From positions 1-24,616 of the forward strand of contig CAXGUD010000051.1 of NCBI GenBank assembly GCA_964012805.1: 24,616 bases of DNA, given 5' to 3'. Positions 16,306-24,616 of this stretch are shown here, piece after piece (the stretch's first letter is position 1; every line of letters starts with the position of its first letter). The position numbers and the translations under genes are program-made. The stretch is from an uncultured Bacteriovoracaceae bacterium (GTDB lineage Bacteria > Bdellovibrionota > Bacteriovoracia > Bacteriovoracales > Bacteriovoracaceae). The notes under the pieces were generated by a model. That model was not told the DNA's origin. It did not search any database and saw only the letters and a list, made by a program, of their open reading frames with translations.

Positions 16306-16695
16306 CTATGAATTTTTATCGCAATGAGATTTATAGTCTTCAGAATTTAAAAGACCCTCTAATTCATCAACTGAGGAGACTTTTACCTTTATTATCCAGG
16401 AGTCATAAGGAGCTTCATTTATTTTTTCAGCAGCGTCCTCAAGCTCTTTATTAACCTCAACAATCGTTCCAGAAAAAGGAGAATATAGGTCACTCACGGA
16501 CTTAATCGATTCCACAACTCCAAAGGAATCCCCTTTAGATACTGCGGTGCCTGTTTCTGGCAACTCAATATAGACGATATCTCCAAGAGCTGATTGAGCA
16601 AAGTCGGTAATCCCAACAGTTGCGACATCACTTTTTAGTTCAGCCCATTCATGGTCCTCAGTAAACTTAAGGTGTGATGGAAATAAGAGACTCAT
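16306..16695 (-). CDS. gcvH: Glycine cleavage system H protein
   Basis: HEW, VGITDFAQSALGDIVYIELP, lipoyl-Lys motif VESIKSVSDLYSP. Confidence 0.97.
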   Translation of the reverse strand: MSLLFPSHLKFTEDHEWAELKSDVATVGITDFAQSALGDIVYIELPETGTAVSKGDSFGVVESIKSVSDLYSPFSGTIVEVNKELEDAAEKINEAPYDSWIIKVKVSSVDELEGLLNSEDYKSHCDKNS

Positions 16696-17789
16696 TATTT
16701 GTGCCCTCCTTTAAAAAAAGGTTTTGTTTGATATGTTGCTTCAAATATATTCTTACGTATTTGAATGAAAAACCTTTTGTCTTTAGGAAATTTTTCTTTT
16801 TCAACTAACCCCAGTGAAATTCCTTTGTTTAACATAACTGAAAGGGTTCCTGAAGTAACTTTTCCGATTATTTCTTCGTTGGAGTTTAGAATATTGTACC
16901 CTTCACGAGGTATCCCCTTTTCCAAAGCAAGTTTAACGAGTTTATACTTTGGCTCGTAGGAGGCAAGAAAATCTTTACCTATAAATGAAGGCTTCTTATT
17001 TTTAACAGTCCATTTTAGTGAAGCATCAAGAGGTGTTATGTTGTCAGCTAATTCATGTCCATAAAGTGGATAGCAGACTTCAAGTCTAAGGACATCTCTT
17101 GCCGCTAAGCCGCATGGGGTGCCTCCATTTTCAATAGCTTGACTCCAGAGCCTTTTTGTCATTTCTGGAGAAGGGGAAAAGACTTCAAACCCATCCTCAC
17201 CTGTGTAACCCGTTCTTGCTACAATTATTTGATTTCCTTCTAAAGAGACTCTCTTGATTGAATAATAGGGGAAGGTATTTTGTTCAATTTCATCTTTTTT
17301 CATAATACCTAACTTAATGAGCAATTCTGGTGCATTAGGCCCTTGAATAGCCAGTAGAGAATAGTCATTAGACTGATCAGTAAGAGTAACATCAAATTTT
17401 TGGGCCTGATTTGAAATCCAGTCCCAGTCCTTTTTTATATTTGAAGCATTTACACAAATTAATACTTCATCGTTAGATATTTTGTAAGCTATTAAGTCAT
17501 CTATTACGGTTCCATCTTCTCGGCAGAGTGGTGAATAGACAGCTTTATAGTCCTCTACTTCAAAGAAGTCGTTTGTAATCAAAAAGTCAACAAACTTGGC
17601 AGCCTCGGAGCCAGTAACCAGGAATTCTCCCATATGGCTGACATCAAAAATACCAACTTTTTCTCGAACTGATGTCACTTCATTTTTTACAGAAGTGTAT
17701 TGAATAGGCATAGAGAATCCTGCAAATGCAGCCATTTTTGCTTCTAGCTTAATATGGTCTTCACTCAAAACTGTTTTTTGTAATTCCAT
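16695..17789 (-). CDS. gcvT: Glycine cleavage system aminomethyltransferase T
   Basis: FDVSHMGE, GTVIDDL, LAIQGP, ARTGYTGEDGFE, GLAARDVLRLE..YPLYGHEL. 1-nt overlap with gcvH. Confidence 0.97.
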   Translation of the reverse strand: MELQKTVLSEDHIKLEAKMAAFAGFSMPIQYTSVKNEVTSVREKVGIFDVSHMGEFLVTGSEAAKFVDFLITNDFFEVEDYKAVYSPLCREDGTVIDDLIAYKISNDEVLICVNASNIKKDWDWISNQAQKFDVTLTDQSNDYSLLAIQGPNAPELLIKLGIMKKDEIEQNTFPYYSIKRVSLEGNQIIVARTGYTGEDGFEVFSPSPEMTKRLWSQAIENGGTPCGLAARDVLRLEVCYPLYGHELADNITPLDASLKWTVKNKKPSFIGKDFLASYEPKYKLVKLALEKGIPREGYNILNSNEEIIGKVTSGTLSVMLNKGISLGLVEKEKFPKDKRFFIQIRKNIFEATYQTKPFFKGGHK

Positions 17790-17824
17790 TAACTTAGCCT
17801 CAGAAAAGAATATTTGAGTAGGTT

Positions 17825-18685
17825 TTATAAAGTTTTTTCAGCTGCTTGTAAAAGGTTTTGAGCCAATGAAAGTATTGTTAATGGACCAACGCCTCCAGGA
17901 ACTGGAGTAATGGCTGCTACCGATTCTTTAACATTTTCGAAGTCGACATCTCCAAAAAGCTTACCTTCCTTCGATTTATTTATTCCGACATCTATAATTG
18001 TTTGGTTTTTACTTGGGTTTAGGTGGTGAGTTTTTAAAAACTTTGGTGACCCAATAGCTACAATTATAATGTCAGCATTCGAAGTGTGATACTGAAGGTT
18101 TTCAGTTTTGGAGTGGCAAAGTGTGACTGTACCACTTCGATTGGTTAACAAAGCCGAAAGGGGCTTTCCTACAATGAGGCTTCTACCGATAATGCAGATG
18201 TTTTTCCCGCTAATAGGGATGTCATAGTAATCAAGGAGTGTAACAATACCTTTGGGTGTACACGCACAAGAAAAGTTGCCTTTCATGTCACCTTTTAATA
18301 ACTCACCCATGTTTAAACTGTTGAGGCCATCTACATCGAGTGATGGGGGGATCAGGTTTCCAACGTCAAGATGCGAAAGTTGCTTTGGGAGAGGAAGTTG
18401 GATTAAAAAGCCATGAACACCTTTTTCACTACTTAGGCTTTTAATCTTAGCTTTAAAAGATTGCTCTGTTATGTCTTCCTCTATGTGAACTATGTCACAT
18501 TTGCCACCCAATCCTTCTATAAACTTTTTTTTGTTTTTTGTATAAATTTGACTTGCTGGGTCATCTCCAACCAAAGCAACTCTTAGCCAAGGGGTGACGC
18601 CATTGCTTTTTAGTTTTTGAACTGTGGATTTAAGATTTAGGTGAAGACTTTCTTTGATTGGACGGGCGTAAAGGACTCTTGTCAT
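17825..18685 (-). CDS. folD: Methylenetetrahydrofolate dehydrogenase/cyclohydrolase FolD
   Basis: VGDDPAS..Y...K, QLPLP, DVDG, CTPKG, GRSLIVGKP, IDVGIN, TPVPGGVGP. Confidence 0.97.
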   Translation of the reverse strand: MTRVLYARPIKESLHLNLKSTVQKLKSNGVTPWLRVALVGDDPASQIYTKNKKKFIEGLGGKCDIVHIEEDITEQSFKAKIKSLSSEKGVHGFLIQLPLPKQLSHLDVGNLIPPSLDVDGLNSLNMGELLKGDMKGNFSCACTPKGIVTLLDYYDIPISGKNICIIGRSLIVGKPLSALLTNRSGTVTLCHSKTENLQYHTSNADIIIVAIGSPKFLKTHHLNPSKNQTIIDVGINKSKEGKLFGDVDFENVKESVAAITPVPGGVGPLTILSLAQNLLQAAEKTL

Positions 18686-18799
18686 TCTCTTTCCTCCCTG
18701 GTCATAGTTGAGGCATTCTAAAGCAAAAAATGAAAAAAGCGTATTGTTTTTATAATATTTTTTTTATGATAGCTATGGACAATTGAGGCATAAGGTTAT

Positions 18800-18997
18800 T
18801 TGGAAAAGGTTTTAAAGATGGGTTTTTACATTGGTTTATTTATGCAGATTTGTGGTTTTGCCGCTGTTGGTCTTTGTGTGATATCTGGAATAGAGAAGGG
18901 AGATTATGGAAGAATAGAGCTTGTCCAGTTTTTAGGTGGAACATCCCTCTTTTATTTCGGGAACTTCCTTAGGTCTAAGGGAGCCTCTTCTAACTAG
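18800..18997 (+). CDS. Small two-helix membrane protein, unknown function (alternative ATG at 18818)
   Basis: Two Gly-rich hydrophobic segments; GAGG/AAGG upstream; fills the gap before ruvC. Confidence 0.65.
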   Translation: MEKVLKMGFYIGLFMQICGFAAVGLCVISGIEKGDYGRIELVQFLGGTSLFYFGNFLRSKGASSN

Positions 18998-19030
18998 TCT
19001 ATTACTGAACCTAAGGACAAAGGAAGGTTT

Positions 19031-19591
19031 ATGATCATTTTAGGCATAGACCCCGGCTCAAGAAAGGCAGGTTTTGGCGTTGTTGAGCTTAAAGGAAGAG
19101 ATATAAACTATTTGGATTCTTTTACTCTTAAATTTGATACTAAGTTATTATTTTTTGATAGGTTAAAGGAGATTTATGAAGGCTGCTGCGATGTTTTTAC
19201 AAAGTATAAGCCAGATGAAGTTGCCTTTGAATCTCTTGTTTATGTTAAAAATGTTTCTTCTTTGGTCAAACTCTCCCAAGCAAGAGGGGTGATGCTATCT
19301 GCTTTGTTTAGTCATGGAAAAGGCTCAGTGTTTGAGTATTCCCCAAACTTTGTAAAAGCATCCCTCACGAGTTACGGCTTATCTTCGAAAGCTAGCGTAG
19401 AAAAGGCACTTAACCTTATTTTTGGAGAGATTGAATTTGAAACAGATGACTCGAGTGATGCTTTAGCTATCGCATTTTGTCACTCTATTTCAAGAAATAA
19501 AGTGGATAAGTTACGTGGAGTTTCATCGAGCTCTTTTGGCCGTGGAAAAACATTAAAGACTTTTGCATCAAAGTATTTGGAGACAAAATGA
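19031..19591 (+). CDS. ruvC: Holliday junction resolvase RuvC
   Basis: ILGIDPG, VAFE, QARGV, EYSP..VK, DDSSDALAIA (catalytic D/E/D/D). Confidence 0.95.
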   Translation: MIILGIDPGSRKAGFGVVELKGRDINYLDSFTLKFDTKLLFFDRLKEIYEGCCDVFTKYKPDEVAFESLVYVKNVSSLVKLSQARGVMLSALFSHGKGSVFEYSPNFVKASLTSYGLSSKASVEKALNLIFGEIEFETDDSSDALAIAFCHSISRNKVDKLRGVSSSSFGRGKTLKTFASKYLETK

Positions 19592-20238
19592 TTGGTTATT
19601 TGATTGGTAAGGTTGTTCAAAGTTATGAAGAAGAGCTAATTTTGGTAACGAATTCGGGTGTTGGTTACCAAGTATTTTTTTCTAGTAGAGTTGGTTGTGG
19701 AGATCACATTGAGGTTTTCATAAAGCATATAAAAAGGGAAAACAGCGAGGACCTTTACGGGTTTTTAAGCTTTATAGAGAAAAGAGTTTTTGAGCTACTT
19801 TTGGGTGTAAAAGGGATAGGACCCAAATCAGCGTTCAGTTTAGTGAATCAAGTTGGTATAGAGAAATTGGCAAATGCAATTTTGTTTCAAGAAAAAAAGA
19901 TTTTAACCTCTGTTGCTGGTGTAGGACCTAAGGCAGCTGCCCAGATATTGTTAGATTTAGGGCCGAAAATTGAAAAGATTAAATCACTCCTTCTCGAGAG
20001 AAAAAGTAGCAGAGTAGGTTTTGAAACTCGGATTGGTGAGGGACATCAAGAAAAAATGTTTGGAGAAAGTAATGGAACTTCTTTAAAGGTAAATTTATTA
20101 GATGAAGCAATAAGTGCTTGTGAGGAGCTTGGCTTTCAAAGAAATGAAATTATTGAAATAGCTCACGATGTTATGAAAAGCAATAAAATAAACTCGAGCG
20201 GAGACCTCGTTAAATTGGTATTGAGGGAGTTTTCATGA
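19588..20238 (+). CDS. ruvA: Holliday junction branch migration protein RuvA
   Basis: MIGYLIG, GVGYQV, LYGF, HhH motifs VKGIGPKSA and VAGVGPKAAAQI, C-terminal LGF. Confidence 0.95.
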   Translation: MIGYLIGKVVQSYEEELILVTNSGVGYQVFFSSRVGCGDHIEVFIKHIKRENSEDLYGFLSFIEKRVFELLLGVKGIGPKSAFSLVNQVGIEKLANAILFQEKKILTSVAGVGPKAAAQILLDLGPKIEKIKSLLLERKSSRVGFETRIGEGHQEKMFGESNGTSLKVNLLDEAISACEELGFQRNEIIEIAHDVMKSNKINSSGDLVKLVLREFS

Positions 20239-21260
20239 AAGGTTTAGAGGACTCTAGTCAAATTCTTGTCACACCCGACCTAATTGAAGGAGATATTTCA
20301 AAAGGCCTTAGTCTAAGGCCAAAAAAGTTCTGTGAGTTTATAGGTCAAGAAACTGTTTTAGATAATGTAAAAATAATGGTTGAGTCGGCTAAGATTAGGG
20401 GTGAAGCTCTTGGTCATATATTATTGTCTGGTCCCCCAGGGCTTGGAAAGACCTCCCTTTCAATGATTTTAGCCAATGAAATTGGTGCAGGAATTCAGGT
20501 CGTTTCAGGTCCAGCTATTGAAAAGAAGGGAGATCTGGCCGCTATTCTTACAAACCTTGATGATAAAGAAGTACTTTTTATTGATGAAATACATCGTCTA
20601 CCTGTGGCTATTGAAGAGATTTTGTATGCTGCGATGGAGGATTATAGGCTTGATATTCTCGTTGGTCAGGGACCGATGGCCAAAACTTTAAAAATTGACC
20701 TTTCCCCTTTTACTTTGATTGGTGCTACAACTAAAGCAGGTCAGCTTTCCAAGCCATTGAGAGATCGTTTTATAGGTCAGTTTAATTTTAACTTTTATGA
20801 TAAAGAGTCTCTAAAAAAGATGGTGTCTTTAAATGCAAATAAGATGAACTTGGATATTGAGGTTTCTGCTGCTGAAAAAATAGCGAATTGCTCTAGAGGA
20901 ACTCCAAGAATTGCAAATAGGATTCTTAACCGAGTAAGGGACTTTTCTGTTGTTTTAAACCAAAAAGTTGTAACAAAAGAGTTACTGAACAAAGCATTAA
21001 AGTTAATGCAACTGTCCGACTCTGGTTTAGGACCAATGGATGTTAAAATCTTGAACTGTATTTTACACAACTATTCTGGGGGGCCTGTTGGTATAGAAGC
21101 TTTAAGTGCAACTCTATCTGAAGATAGGAACTCTATTGAAGATGTATATGAGCCCTTTTTGTTGAAGGAAGGGTATTTACTAAGAACACCGAGAGGAAGA
21201 TTGATATCAGACAAGGCAAAAACGTATCTTTCCACTATTGAGCATAAAGAAAATTTTTAA
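20235..21260 (+). CDS. ruvB: Holliday junction DNA helicase RuvB
   Basis: LRP...EFIGQ, Walker A GPPGLGKT, FIDEIHRL, GATT, LRDRF, RGTPRIANR, RTPRGR. Confidence 0.98.
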   Translation: MKGLEDSSQILVTPDLIEGDISKGLSLRPKKFCEFIGQETVLDNVKIMVESAKIRGEALGHILLSGPPGLGKTSLSMILANEIGAGIQVVSGPAIEKKGDLAAILTNLDDKEVLFIDEIHRLPVAIEEILYAAMEDYRLDILVGQGPMAKTLKIDLSPFTLIGATTKAGQLSKPLRDRFIGQFNFNFYDKESLKKMVSLNANKMNLDIEVSAAEKIANCSRGTPRIANRILNRVRDFSVVLNQKVVTKELLNKALKLMQLSDSGLGPMDVKILNCILHNYSGGPVGIEALSATLSEDRNSIEDVYEPFLLKEGYLLRTPRGRLISDKAKTYLSTIEHKENF

Positions 21261-21412
21261 TTTTCCGAATTTTTTTAAAACTCTTTGGACTTTGTCCTTT
21301 AATCGGTAAAGTTTTCAACTAGATGAAAACAAATTAATGTAGTATTAAAATAGTTCTCTGTTTAAAAAATAACTCTTAGCAAAAGAGTTTTAGTGAGTAA
21401 GGTTTATTTTTA

Positions 21413-22330
21413 ATGTACCAAAGAACTTTGGCAAAAAGAGTTTCTATAACTGGAATAGGAATTCACTCAGGAAAAAAAGTAACATTGGTTTTGCACCCAG
21501 CTGAAGCTAATACAGGAATTCGATTTAGGAGAACAGACCTAGAAAATGTCCCTTCTATTAGAGCATCGGTAAAGACTGTTGGAGCAACTGAAAATAACAC
21601 TACTTTAGGTGATGGTGAAAACTCTGTTCACACTGTAGAACATCTACTATCAGTTCTCTATGGGCTTGGTATTGATAATGTTTTATGTGAAATAGATGGA
21701 CCTGAAGTACCAATTATGGACGGTTCAGGTGCTTCGTTTGTCTATATATTAAAGGAAACTGGAATTACTAATTTAGGGGCATCCAAAAAGTTCTTTTTGG
21801 TTCTTAAGCCTGTAAGGGTGCAGGTAGGAGACAAATGGGCTGAAATCAGGCCGGACTCTTCGTTAAACATAGAGTCTACAATTGTTTTTTCCCACCCAGT
21901 TATTCAATCTCAAAAGATTAATTTTCGATTTAGTTGTGAAGACTTTATAACCAACATAAGTAGAGCAAGAACTTTCGGGCTTCTTAAAGATGTAGATAAG
22001 TTAAAGAGGAGAGGGCTGGCAAAGGGAGGCTCACTTGATAACTGCATCGTTTTGGATGACTTTAAGGTCCTTAACCCCGAAGGACTTAGGTTTGAAGATG
22101 AATTTATAAGGCATAAAGTCTTAGACGTTATTGGAGATATTTCGCTCCTTGGCCACGATATTGCTGGAAAAATCATAACTTATAAATCTGGTCATAACCT
22201 GCATAATCTTTTATGCAAAAAGCTCCTTGATACCCCTGATGCCTATGAAATAGTTTCTGCATCTTCACTCGAGCAGGAAACGCTTGAAACTCTACGTTTG
22301 CCACCCGGACTTATTCCAAGCTTCGGCTAA
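21413..22330 (+). CDS. lpxC: UDP-3-O-acyl-N-acetylglucosamine deacetylase LpxC
   Basis: QRTL..., GIGIHSG, TVEHLLS, EVPIMDGS, ARTFG, RHKVLDVIGD, KSGH. Confidence 0.98.
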   Translation: MYQRTLAKRVSITGIGIHSGKKVTLVLHPAEANTGIRFRRTDLENVPSIRASVKTVGATENNTTLGDGENSVHTVEHLLSVLYGLGIDNVLCEIDGPEVPIMDGSGASFVYILKETGITNLGASKKFFLVLKPVRVQVGDKWAEIRPDSSLNIESTIVFSHPVIQSQKINFRFSCEDFITNISRARTFGLLKDVDKLKRRGLAKGGSLDNCIVLDDFKVLNPEGLRFEDEFIRHKVLDVIGDISLLGHDIAGKIITYKSGHNLHNLLCKKLLDTPDAYEIVSASSLEQETLETLRLPPGLIPSFG

Positions 22331-22431
22331 ATTTTTCAAATTACTCCAAGCATGTTTGACCTTTTAAAGCGTGTATGGGACGAAACAGAAAACCTATTCT
22401 GCTCAATAGCATTAATTTAAGGCACTAACTT

Positions 22432-23229
22432 ATGGATATTTCAAAACTCTCTAATGATTTCGATGATTTAATAATGGGTGTTCACAGTATGAGAGAAGCT
22501 ATTGTAAATCCTAATAGGGAAAAGATAAAAATTATAGGGACAGAAGATGGTATAAAGGACTTAACTAAAGGGATGAGTAGGGCGTTAGTTGAAAGAGTAT
22601 ATAACAATTGTGAAACTCTTTCTTTGCACACTGTTCAAGAAGTTGCAAAAAAACTTTGCTCTTCAATGGGGTTTAATTTCAATAGAGTTACTAGTCAGGC
22701 TTTTATGATAACAGTTTCTCAAGCCCCTTATTCAGTTGGACAAGCCTTAAGAGAGATAGATAAAAGAAGTAATACTAAAATAATATGTTTGGATAGTGTA
22801 ACAGATGCTCACAATGCAGCAGCTATATTAAGGACAGCGTCTTTTTATGGAGTTAATTTTGTTGTGACTTCTTCGAAAGGTAGTTTTGGTAAAGGCCCAA
22901 CATTTTCAAGAATCGCTTCTGGGGCATTAGAGCATATAAAGATTGTCAGGGCTTCATCTTTGCCAAAGTTTATAAGAACGTTATGTGACAAGGGCGTTAG
23001 TTGCATTGGGTTGACTGAGCATGCAGATATAAGATTGGGTGACGCTTCTAAAGAAGATCTTGAAAACCCGAGAGTTTGTTTGGTTTTTGGTTCAGAAGAT
23101 AGAGGCTTATCTAATGCTGTTTTACGAGTTCTTCCAAAAAAAATATCCCTTGAGTCTAGAGGAATGATAAAGTCTCTAAATGTTTCCGTGGCAACGGCTA
23201 TTTCTATGGAAAAAATCTTTGCTAAATAG
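22432..23229 (+). CDS. TrmH/SpoU-family (RlmB-like) RNA 2'-O-methyltransferase
   Basis: LDSVTDAHNAAAILRTA, ASGA, VFGSEDRGL, SLNVSVA; N-terminal GVHS..EA substrate-binding domain. Confidence 0.9.
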   Translation: MDISKLSNDFDDLIMGVHSMREAIVNPNREKIKIIGTEDGIKDLTKGMSRALVERVYNNCETLSLHTVQEVAKKLCSSMGFNFNRVTSQAFMITVSQAPYSVGQALREIDKRSNTKIICLDSVTDAHNAAAILRTASFYGVNFVVTSSKGSFGKGPTFSRIASGALEHIKIVRASSLPKFIRTLCDKGVSCIGLTEHADIRLGDASKEDLENPRVCLVFGSEDRGLSNAVLRVLPKKISLESRGMIKSLNVSVATAISMEKIFAK

Positions 23230-23239
23230 AAAAAAGGGC

Positions 23240-23268
23240 TTGCCTAAGAGAAAGAACCCCTTTATAAA
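23240..23268 (+). promoter_or_regulatory. Candidate sigma70 promoter of the tRNA cluster
   Basis: TTGCCT-N17-TATAAA, 38 nt upstream of tRNA-Thr, with an A-tract upstream. Confidence 0.5.
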
Positions 23269-23306
23269 ACCAAAACAATCTTCTCTGCGGGTGAGTGGAA
23301 ATATAG

Positions 23307-23382
23307 GCTGGCTTAGCTCAGTTGGTAGAGCACCGGTTTTGTAAACCGGCGGTCGTAGGTTCAAGTCCTATAGCCAGCTCCA
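23307..23382 (+). tRNA. tRNA-Thr(TGT)
   Basis: Acceptor GCTGGCT/AGCCAGC, anticodon arm CCGGT-TTTGTAA-ACCGG, GGTTCAA T-loop, encoded CCA; 76 nt. Confidence 0.97.
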
Positions 23383-23404
23383 GCTTGTGAGTAAGAGAGG
23401 GTAA

Positions 23405-23489
23405 GGCGAGGTTCCCGAGTGGTCAAAGGGGGCAGACTGTAAATCTGTTGGCATTGCCTTCGATGGTTCGAACCCATCTCTCGCCACCA
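23405..23489 (+). tRNA. tRNA-Tyr(GTA)
   Basis: Acceptor GGCGAGG/TCTCGCC, anticodon arm GCAGA-CTGTAAA-TCTGT, long variable arm, CCA; 85 nt. Confidence 0.97.
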
Positions 23490-23497
23490 TTGATAAT

Positions 23498-23573
23498 GCG
23501 TGCGTAACTCAGTTGGTAGAGTGCAACCCTTCCAAGGTTGATGTCGCAGGTTCGATCCCTGTCGCACGCTCCA
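23498..23573 (+). tRNA. tRNA-Gly(TCC)
   Basis: Acceptor GCGTGCG/CGCACGC, anticodon arm CAACC-CTTCCAA-GGTTG, CCA; 76 nt. Confidence 0.97.
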
Positions 23574-23630
23574 TATTTCCTGTGATCCCGGGTTTCTGGG
23601 GGATAGCAATGTTAATTGGAGTGGATATTT

Positions 23631-23705
<75 letters not shown>

Positions 23706-23742
23706 TTTTCTCTTGTCATTCTAGAGAGGTTTTTAGATACTC

Positions 23743-23771
23743 TTGACTAATTTTAGAGTTATGTATATAGG
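23743..23771 (+). promoter_or_regulatory. Candidate sigma70 promoter for tuf
   Basis: TTGACT-N17-TATAGG in the 115-nt tRNA-tuf spacer. Confidence 0.4.
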
Positions 23772-23820
23772 TGTTAGGCATTTTTTGACGAGTGTTAAAT
23801 AATTTTAAGGAGACCATCAC

Positions 23821-24616
23821 ATGGCAAAAGAAAAATTTGATAGATCTAAACCACACGTAAATATTGGAACAATTGGGCACGTTGACCACGGAAAGACGAC
23901 TCTAACCGCTGCAATTTCAATGACTCTTGCAGAACAGAGTGGTCTGGATGCTAAAAACTATGCAGACATTGATTCTGCTCCCGAAGAAAAAGCCAGAGGA
24001 ATTACAATCAATACTGCTCACATTGAGTATGAAACAGCAAATAGACATTACGCTCATGTTGATTGTCCAGGTCACGCTGACTACGTAAAAAATATGATTA
24101 CTGGTGCTGCTCAGATGGATGGAGCTATCCTCGTATGTTCTGCTGCTGATGGACCAATGCCACAAACTCGTGAGCATATCCTACTTGCCAGACAGGTTGG
24201 TGTTCCGGCTATCGTTGTTTTTCTAAACAAAGTAGATCAGGTAGACGACGAAGAACTACTTGAGCTTGTTGAAATGGAAGTTAGAGAACTTCTTTCTTCA
24301 TATGACTTTCCAGGTGATGACATCCCTATCGTTGCTGGATCAGCTTTAGCTGCTGTTGAGGGCCGTGATGAAAATATTGGTAAGGAGAGAGTCCTCGAGC
24401 TAATGGCAAAAGTTGACGAGTACATTCCAACTCCAGCTAGAGCTGTTGATCTAGATTTCCTTATGCCAGTTGAAGATGTTTTCTCTATCTCAGGGAGAGG
24501 AACTGTTGTTACTGGTAGAGTTGAAAGAGGTATTATCAAGGTCGGTGAAGAAGTTGAGATCGTTGGTATTAGGGATACTCAAAAAACAACAATTACTGGT
24601 GTTGAGATGTTTAGAA
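23821..24616 (+). CDS. tuf: Elongation factor Tu (3' truncated; absent from the ORF track)
   Basis: [27 protein letters not shown]...RGITI...[29 protein letters not shown]; follows the Thr-Tyr-Gly-Thr tRNA cluster. Confidence 0.99.
   Translation, partial: MAKEKFDRSKPHVNIGTIGHVDHGKTTLTAAISMTLAEQSGLDAKNYADIDSAPEEKARGITINTAHIEYETANRHYAHVDCPGHADYVKNMITGAAQMDGAILVCSAADGPMPQTREHILLARQVGVPAIVVFLNKVDQVDDEELLELVEMEVRELLSSYDFPGDDIPIVAGSALAAVEGRDENIGKERVLELMAKVDEYIPTPARAVDLDFLMPVEDVFSISGRGTVVTGRVERGIIKVGEEVEIVGIRDTQKTTITGVEMFR

Noticed and set aside
18708..18791. Direct repeat TTGAGGCAT (18708 and 18783) in the folD divergent region
   Set aside because: Only two 9-bp copies, one coinciding with an SD; no supporting structure. 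No glycine or THF riboswitch motif recognised.
401..22176. Other short overlapping or antisense track ORFs (e.g. 401-634, 968-1180, 2522-2734, 3626-3862, 7384-7788, 10886-11110, 15350-15643, 20795-21070, 21910-22176)
   Set aside because: They lie within or opposite well-supported genes, show Phe/Ser/Leu-rich antisense composition and have no recognisable motifs.

Overview
AT-rich bacterial core-genome segment with no mobile element, CRISPR array or defence island. Gene order and protein character suggest Bdellovibrionota (Bacteriovoracia-like); this is inference only. Left to right: partial bamD, a cytoplasmic TPR protein, a minus-strand flagellar block (flgF-flgG-flgA-flgH-flgI-flgJ-flgM-flgN-flgK-flgL, terminator, csrA-fliW), a divergent xseB / patatin-fold lipoprotein / PBP1A unit, a TonB-family protein, folD-gcvT-gcvH plus a small unknown ORF, a small membrane protein with ruvCAB, lpxC, a TrmH-family methyltransferase, the tRNA Thr-Tyr-Gly-Thr cluster and partial tuf. 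The most unusual signals sit inside ordinary-looking genes. (1) The flagellar rod/LP-ring module looks remodelled: FlgG has an in-frame signal-peptide-like leader, FlgH lacks its usual C-terminal tail and carries a basic insert, and FlgI lacks a conserved loop. (2) An apparently catalytically dead patatin-fold lipoprotein with a long tether lies directly upstream of a PBP1A with an OB-type insert, a candidate new Lpo-like activator. (3) The csrA-fliW region has GGA-rich leaders and an anti-Shine-Dalgarno element next to the csrA stop codon. All calls come from motif recognition by eye; no searches were run.
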